Part shown: positions 1 through 6,600 of the stretch, piece after piece
Numbering within the stretch: the first letter of the stretch is position 1
How the letters are laid out: each line of letters begins with the position of its first letter
NCBI RefSeq assembly: GCF_037994325.1
Contig: NZ_JBBNAH010000381.1
Location: 1 to 42,011 of the forward strand
Source: Pseudomonas sp.
GTDB lineage: Bacteria > Pseudomonadota > Gammaproteobacteria > Pseudomonadales > Pseudomonadaceae
Length of the DNA: 42,011 nt
Direction: 5' to 3'
Notes under the pieces: generated by a model
Seen by the model: only the letters and a program-made list of their open reading frames with translations
Told to the model about the DNA's origin: nothing
Database searches by the model: none
Translations under genes and position numbers: made by a program

Positions 1-308
1 GCGCTCAGCCGCGCTTCCACGCGAATATCGCCAGTGGCCGGGCGGCGAAAGCGCAGGTTCATTTCTTTGATGATGGGGTAGAAGCGCTGGGTGTCGAAGC
101 TGGTAAGAAACAACGCGCCCCCGGGAATCTCAGCCAGGGTAAACAACGCCCCGGCATACATGCTGCCGATATGGTTTTTATTGCCTGCCAGTGGCATACA
201 CAGGCGCACCAAGCCTGGCTCCAAGACCTCGGCTTTAAGCCCGCTGCGTTTGACGAAAGCGATCTGTTCTTCGGTGAGCTGACGGGCGATTTCGGGCGGG
301 AATGCCAT
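1..308 (-). CDS. PaaI/hotdog-fold thioesterase family protein (DUF4442-like), 3' end outside window
   Basis: Manual translation from ATG at 308: MAFPPEIARQLTEEQIAFVKRSGLKAEVLEPGLVRLCMPLAGNKNHIGSMYAGALFTLAEIPGG. The NHIGxxxAGALFTLAE motif is hotdog-type. SD GAGGA upstream. Not in the ORF track because it runs off the window. Confidence 0.8.
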   Translation of the reverse strand, partial: MAFPPEIARQLTEEQIAFVKRSGLKAEVLEPGLVRLCMPLAGNKNHIGSMYAGALFTLAEIPGGALFLTSFDTQRFYPIIKEMNLRFRRPATGDIRVEARLS

Positions 309-404
309 AGCCGGTTCCTCTTTGTTATCAGAGGACCAGCCTAGCCGTTCGTTGGCTTACAACAATGACCGCTGCGCTCGCCGCAACTGACTAAAAGTGA
401 CGGC

Positions 405-839
405 TTAGATGCCTTGGCTTTTCAACCAGGCCAGCAACTGCTGCAAGGGCAGGGCGCCGCTTTGCCGGGCAACTTCTTTGCCGTTTTTAAATAGCAGCAG
501 GCTGGGGATGGAGCGAATGCCCAGTTGCGCGGAAAGCTGCTGATTGGCTTCGCTATCGAGCTTGGCCAGGCGGGCGCGGCCGACGAGTTGCCCGGCAGCT
601 TGCTGGAAGGTCGGCGCAAAGGCTTGGCAGGGGCCGCACCAGCTGGCCCATACGTCCACCAGCAACGGCAGGTCGCCTTTGATTTGGTTGGCGTAGCTGG
701 CTTGAGTGAGGTCGAAGGGTTTGCCCAGCAACACCTGTTCTTTGCAGCGCCCACAGCGCGGATTGTCGCCTAGGCGTTCATGGGGAATACGGCTCAGGCC
801 GTTGCAGTGTGGGCAGGGAATAACGAGGGATTCAGACAT
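405..839 (-). CDS. trxC: Thioredoxin 2 (TrxC) with N-terminal zinc finger
   Basis: CPHC and CGRC zinc-binding pairs, WCGPC active site, SIPSL cis-Pro motif; 144 aa. Confidence 0.93.
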   Translation of the reverse strand: MSESLVIPCPHCNGLSRIPHERLGDNPRCGRCKEQVLLGKPFDLTQASYANQIKGDLPLLVDVWASWCGPCQAFAPTFQQAAGQLVGRARLAKLDSEANQQLSAQLGIRSIPSLLLFKNGKEVARQSGALPLQQLLAWLKSQGI

Positions 840-889
840 GGTCGGCTCCAGAGGCGATGGGCACTATCTGGAGCCGCCCAGCCCGGCTT

Positions 890-1867
890 TCAAGCGCTGA
901 TGGCCATATAGATGTTGTAGGCGCTGATCAGGGTGATCAGGCTGCCGATCATCAGCAGCAGGGTTTTCGCATGCAGTTTTTTGCACAGCAGCGCAGCAAA
1001 TGGGGCGGCAAACAGACCACCAAACACCAGGCCCGCCACCAACAACCAGGTGCTCGGTTGGCCGGCCAGCAGAATAAAGGAGGTGGCGCTGGCGATGGTG
1101 AGGAAGAATTCGGCGAAGTTCACCGAGCCGATGGTGGTGCGTGGGTCGCTGCCGGAACCGATCAGCGTGGTGGTCACCACCGGGCCCCAACCGCCGCCAC
1201 CGGCAGCGTCGACAAAGCCGCCAAACAGCGCCAGCTTGGCGATATGTTTGGGCTCGCGCTTTTGCACCACGTGCAGGTAAGCCTTGCGCAGAATGTACAG
1301 GCCCATGATCAGCAGATAAGCCGAGATAAACGGCTTAAGTACCTTGCCGTCGAACTGGGTAATCACCACCGCACCGAGCACGGCGCCGATCATGCCGGGG
1401 ATCAGCAAACGCAAAAACAGCGACTTGTTGACGTTGCCCAACTTCACATGGGAGATGCCGGAAAGCCCGGTGGTAAACACTTCGGCGATATGCACGCTGG
1501 CACTGGCGGCCGCAGGCGAAGCGCCGGCACTGAGCAAAAAGGTGGTCGCGGTAATGCCATAGGCCATGCCCAACGCGCCGTCGATGGCTTGGGCAAAAAA
1601 GCCCACGGCCACGGCGCTCCAGAACAGTTTGCTGGTTAGCGCACTTTCAATGATTTCCAGGCCGCTGCTTTGGTTGTTGCCAAAGAACAGGCGCCAGGCG
1701 AGAAAGCCCAACAGGCTGAGCAAAATAGCCACCGCCAGCCACATGGCAATGCGCAGCACCGGGTGATTGGCGGGGTGGGAAATATGGTCTTCGATTGGCG
1801 GCAAGCCCATTGCCTGGTGTTCGGTGTTGATTGGGCTGGGGGTGTAATCGAGTTCGCGGATTTTCAT
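890..1867 (-). CDS. TauE/SafE (TSUP) sulfite exporter family membrane protein with N-terminal extension
   Basis: AQAIDGALGMAYG, ASASVHIAEVFTTG and GGGGWGPVVTTTL motifs; multiple hydrophobic segments. Start codon uncertain. Confidence 0.88.
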   Translation of the reverse strand: MKIRELDYTPSPINTEHQAMGLPPIEDHISHPANHPVLRIAMWLAVAILLSLLGFLAWRLFFGNNQSSGLEIIESALTSKLFWSAVAVGFFAQAIDGALGMAYGITATTFLLSAGASPAAASASVHIAEVFTTGLSGISHVKLGNVNKSLFLRLLIPGMIGAVLGAVVITQFDGKVLKPFISAYLLIMGLYILRKAYLHVVQKREPKHIAKLALFGGFVDAAGGGGWGPVVTTTLIGSGSDPRTTIGSVNFAEFFLTIASATSFILLAGQPSTWLLVAGLVFGGLFAAPFAALLCKKLHAKTLLLMIGSLITLISAYNIYMAISA

Positions 1868-1920
1868 CTACAGCGGAGCCTGTATCGGGGTCATGCGGTT
1901 AGCCGCAAGGTGGCGCCACC

Positions 1921-1990
1921 TTAGTGATGTTGGCTTAGAGAGTCTAAGAATCGTTGGGCAGATCTATATGCTTTGTGGTTATTAGCTTTT
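1921..1990 (-). promoter_or_regulatory. AT-rich promoter region upstream of tauE, possible CysB/LysR-type operator
   Basis: Locally AT-rich, with inverted repeat CTTAGA-gag-TCTAAG (1934-1948). The CysB link is inferred only from the sulfur-related downstream gene. Confidence 0.35.
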
Positions 1991-1996
1991 GCTCTC

Positions 1997-2059
1997 GTAG
2001 GGTGTCTATGCGCGCCAGCGATGTCGGGGGGAGACCGCTTGGTGCGCATAGACACCTAC
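1997..2059. repeat. REPIN (inverted pair of GTAG-family REPs)
   Basis: GTAGGGTGTCTATGCGCGCCA ... TGGTGCGCATAGACACCTAC form a long hairpin just after the tolC stop. Confidence 0.8.
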
Positions 2060-2073
2060 ACAGCATGTGCCGT

Positions 2074-3567
2074 TTAGTTGGGCTGGATATTGCCCTGCTG
2101 CCAGCGCGCTTCACTGTCGCCAATGGCTTTGGAGATGGCGCTGAGTTGGTTCGACGGCAGCTGGTTAGGCAGCGGGTCGAGGCCGACGCTGGCGAACAGT
2201 TGACCGTAGCTGTTGCGCAGTTCGGCGTAGGCCAGGTCGCGGCGCAGGTCGGCTTGCAGGGTGTTGAGTTCGCCCTGGATCAGGTCCAGTTCACCAATGC
2301 CTTGGGCCTTGTAGCGGTTGCGCAGTTGCCCGGCGATTTGTTCGTCGAGGTTGGCCAGTTGCTGGCTGGTCTGGAACTGACGCTTGGCTTCGTTAAAGTT
2401 GGCGTTGGCCACGTACAACTGGGCCAGCACCGCCATCGACATCGCCTGGCGCCGCGCCGCAGCCACTTGTTCACCGGCTTTGGCCACGTCGATAGCTGCT
2501 GGCGCGGACAGCACGTTAAACAGGTTCCAGGTGATCTTCACGCCATAGTCGGCCCAGCTCTGGTTGACCAGAAAGGAGTTGCTGTCGTAGTGGCCGCCAG
2601 CGGAAAACTCCAGGCCCGGTAGCAGTCGCAGCATGGCTTTGCGGGTTTCGGCGGCGCTGATGCGCGCCTGGTAATCCTGCTCGCGCAGTTCCGGGCGGCT
2701 GGCCAGGGCCTGCTGTTCCATCTGCGCCATATCCACATTCAACTGCGGTACGTCGTAGCCCTCGGGGGCGGCCAGTTTCAGGTCGGTGCCAATCGGCAGG
2801 TTGATCAGGGTAGCCAGCTCGGTTTTGGCCAGGGACAACGCCTTGCGCTGCTCTTCCAATTGGCGGGTGGCTTCGATCAGCGAGCGCTCGTAGCTCAGCG
2901 CTTGAATTGGGTCGCCGATGCGGTTCTGGCTGAGGTTCTGACTATTGCTGCGGGCTTGGTCGACACGCGCCATCAGGCTGTCGATCTGGCCCAGCAGGCG
3001 TTCGGCGGCGACGGCGCGCCAGTAGGCCGAGCGCACGTCTTGGGTGATGGTGTGGATCACCTTGCGCCGGCGTTCTTCAACGATCAGGCGCTGGTCGCCC
3101 TGCTGCTTGGCGCTGACATAGGCGACGCCAAAGTCGAGCACGTTCCACACCATGGTCAGGTCGGCGACACGGCGGTCGCGGTCTTGCGAGGTGGACGGCT
3201 CCAAAGACTGGGTTTTGGTGCGCACGCTTTCGCTGCTGGAGGCGCTGACGTTGTCGCGCCCAGCGTACCCTGCCGAGAGCGCCATACGCGGCAGCATGTC
3301 GAAGGTAGCGAGGTCGACCTGGTGCTGGGCCAAGGCTTCTTCCATCACTTTCAGGCGCGCTTCGAGGTTGTACTTCACCGCCCGGGCCATGGCGTCGTGC
3401 AAGGTCAGCGGGCCATTGAGGGGCTCCTGATCCTTGAACATGCTCACCAGGTCGCTGCTGGCGCGGGCGCGGCTTTCACTGTGGTCAATCGGTTGACTGG
3501 TCACGGCACAGCCGCTGACGGCCAGGGCAAGCAGGCTTGCACTGAAGAGTTTGTGGCTTTTATTCAT
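2074..3567 (-). CDS. TolC-family outer membrane efflux lipoprotein
   Basis: Start at ATG 3567 (MNKSHKLF). Lipobox LAVSGC; two OEP-like repeats (AVKYNLE..MLPRMAL; LASRPEL..LLPGLEF); helical coiled-coil content. Confidence 0.9.
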   Translation of the reverse strand: MNKSHKLFSASLLALAVSGCAVTSQPIDHSESRARASSDLVSMFKDQEPLNGPLTLHDAMARAVKYNLEARLKVMEEALAQHQVDLATFDMLPRMALSAGYAGRDNVSASSSESVRTKTQSLEPSTSQDRDRRVADLTMVWNVLDFGVAYVSAKQQGDQRLIVEERRRKVIHTITQDVRSAYWRAVAAERLLGQIDSLMARVDQARSNSQNLSQNRIGDPIQALSYERSLIEATRQLEEQRKALSLAKTELATLINLPIGTDLKLAAPEGYDVPQLNVDMAQMEQQALASRPELREQDYQARISAAETRKAMLRLLPGLEFSAGGHYDSNSFLVNQSWADYGVKITWNLFNVLSAPAAIDVAKAGEQVAAARRQAMSMAVLAQLYVANANFNEAKRQFQTSQQLANLDEQIAGQLRNRYKAQGIGELDLIQGELNTLQADLRRDLAYAELRNSYGQLFASVGLDPLPNQLPSNQLSAISKAIGDSEARWQQGNIQPN

Positions 3568-3626
3568 CCTTGTGCCGCCCCCTAAACGCGGCAAGTCCTA
3601 CCGGCAAATAGTCTGTTGAGTGACGC

Positions 3627-6600
3627 TTAAGCGGGCGTCGAAGTGTCGGTCAGTTGCCCAAGTGCCTGGGCGAGTTCCTGCACCTGTTGTTGTTTGTTGT
3701 GGTGTAACTGCTGCAACTGTTCCCCCAGTGTTTGCGCGCCGAAGGCGCCGCGCAGGCTGTTGCTGGCGTCAGCGCCTTTGCCGTTTTTGTCAAAGAGCTT
3801 GATGGGCGTGACGTCACCGGCGCTTTCCTTGCTGAACAAGCCGGACAGGCTGCTGCTGCCAAAGATGCCGCCATCACCGCCGCCAAAGCCCAAGAAACCT
3901 ACGCCGTTGCCATTGCCGCCGCTGTCGCTGCTGGCAAACACTTGGGCGATATAGCTGGGTGCCAGCGGGTTCTGGTTAATAAAAATATTGCCCAGGGTGG
4001 GAATGCCGCTGCCGACGCTGGGCACCTCGAACAATGGCGGCGGCAGCAGCGGCGAGGTGCTGACCGGAGGCGATACCACCGGCGGCATCGGTTGCAGCGG
4101 TGTTGCCGGTGGTGGCAGCGTGGTCACCGGTGGGTTGGCGCGGAATTCCGGGTCGCCGCTCACATCCGGCGGGGTTGGTGGCGCGGCCGGAATACCGATG
4201 GTGTAGGTCGGCCCGCTGAAACCGCCGGCGCTGGCATTGCCGGTACTGTCGGAAATGCCGGTGCCCGTTGGGTTCAGGTTTAAGCCCAGGCTACCCAGGC
4301 CGGTAATGCCATCGACCAGCACTTGGTAAGTGTGGGGGTTGATCTGCACCACCGACTGCACGTTGCCGGTCACGCCGCCGCTGGTGACCAGGCTGAAGTC
4401 GCTGGTGTCGACGCCCGTGACGTCTTCGCTAAAGGTCACGGTATAGCTGACGCTGCTGGCATTGGTGGGCGATGGTCCATCCAGCACGATGGCGCTGACA
4501 GTCGGGGCAATGGCATCCACCAGTACAGCTGCGGTACTGCCGACGTTATTGAGGGTAAGCACGCCGTTATTGCCGGCGCTGTCGCGCAGGGTGCCGCCAT
4601 TGAGATTGATACCGCTGCCCAGGCTGATGCCGTTGCTGTCCGCCTGGCCGTTGCTCAGGGTGAGGCGGAACACCAGGGCCGATGTGCCGGAGCCGGAGAC
4701 GTAGTTGGCATAGGCGGTGCCGCCGGTATCCAGAGTGACCGCCAGGCGCGGCGTGCCGCCGGTGGTGTCGACGCTGACGGCTTCCGACAGGTTGACGATA
4801 AAGTCGAGGTTTTGCCCAGCCCCATAGGTGGTCCCGGCAGGTGGCGTCACTGAGGTCACGGTAGCGGCTATGCCATCAATCACCAGATTGGTATTGGCGG
4901 CCAGGGAGTTGGCGGTTCCTGGGGTTGGCAGGGTGAGAATGGCCTGGTCACTGGTTGCCGATTGAATCGTTGCGCCATTGAGCGCCAGAGCGCTGCCGCT
5001 GGCGTAGTCCAAGTCGGCGCTGACGTCTCCGGGCAGCACCGTGTAGCTGAACGTCAGGGTGTTGCTGCCCGAGCCAGACACATAAGTGGCACTGCGGTCG
5101 ATGCTGCCGGTTTCCAACAGCAGGGTTGGCGTGCCGCCCGTGGTGTCGACGTTCACCGCCTGGTTGAAGGTCAGGGTGATGTTCACTGTCGCGCCGATGC
5201 CGTAAGTGCCACTGTTGGCGCTGACGCCAGTCACCATCGGGTTGTTAGGGTTGACGGTAATGGCCAGGGTGTCGGTATCGGTTCGACTGCCGCCGGGGCC
5301 TGTCAGGCCCAGGTCATTACTGCTGATCTGCAGACTGGCGGCGCCGTTGTAACCGGCGGTGGGGGTGAAGGTCAGGCCATTGAGGGCGATATTGATGTCG
5401 GCCAGGGTGCCTTGGAACGTCATGCTGGCATCGCCAGTGCCTGAGCCCACGATAAAACTCAGGCCGCTGGTGCCGCCCAGGGTCAGCAGGCCGTTGGTGG
5501 CGGTCAGGGTGACCTGTTCAACACCGCCGCCGCCATCGGTATCGCTGATGCTGATCAGGTTGCCGTTGCCGGTGTTAAACGTCAGGGTGCCGTCCTGCTG
5601 CAGGGCCTGGGCGCCCGGCAGGCTATTAACCGGCGCGTCGTTGACCGCGGTAACGCTGACCACTTTGCTCGCCAGGTTGCTGCTGGAGCTGCCGTCATTG
5701 ACGCTGAAACTGACCGTTCGGTTGCTGGTGTTGGGCTGCTCGCTGCTGTTGCTGTAGGTCACCGAACGCAACGCCGCCTGCCATTGGGCGAGGGTGGCGG
5801 TGGCGCCCGCAGAACTCAGGCTAAACACACCGGTGGCGCTGTTGTAGCTGCCAGTGATATTGCCCATGGTTGCCGGGTTGTTGGTAAAAGCCAGCACATC
5901 CTGGCCGCTCTGCAAGTTGCCGGTAATTGCCACGCTGGCGCTGGCCAGGGTGCTGCTGTCCAGGTCGGTGAGGGTAAAGCCGCTGTCGATCACCACCGGC
6001 GTGCTGGTGACATTGTTGCCTTCGGTAAAGGCCGTTGTGCCGCCGCTGGTACTGGCGACCGGGCTGTTATCCACCGTGTTCACCGTCACGGCCTTATTCG
6101 CGACGTTGCTGTCTTGAGTGCCATCGCTGGTGCTGAAACTGATGAGGCGAGTACTGATATTGGGCGACTGGGCGGTGTCGGTGTAGGTCACCGAGCGCAA
6201 GGCGGCCTGCCATTGCGCCAGGGTCGCCGTGGCGCCTGCGGAGGTCAGGGTCATTACCCCGGTGGCCGCGTTGTAGGAGGCGTTGATATTGCCCATGGTG
6301 GCCGGGTTGTTGGTAAAACTCAGCTCATCTTCGCCGCTTTGGAAGTTGCCGGTAATCGCCACGGTGGCACTGGCCAGGGTGTTGTTATCGGCGTCGCTCA
6401 AGGTAATGCCGCTGTCTACTACCACCGGTGTGCTGGTGACGTTATTGCCTTCGGTAAACGTGGTAACGCCGCCCGAGGTGCTGGTCACCGGGCTATCGTT
6501 GACGGCGCTGACGCTGACGTTTTTAGTGCTGGCGCTGCTGTTGGTGTTGCCGTCGTTGAGGGTAAAGCTGAGGGTGCGGGTACTGGTGCTGGGGCTTTCC

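Noticed and set aside
91-282. 63-aa plus-strand ORF with repeated NNAP
   Set aside because: Antisense to the thioesterase; the repeat mirrors GALF occurring twice in the real protein.
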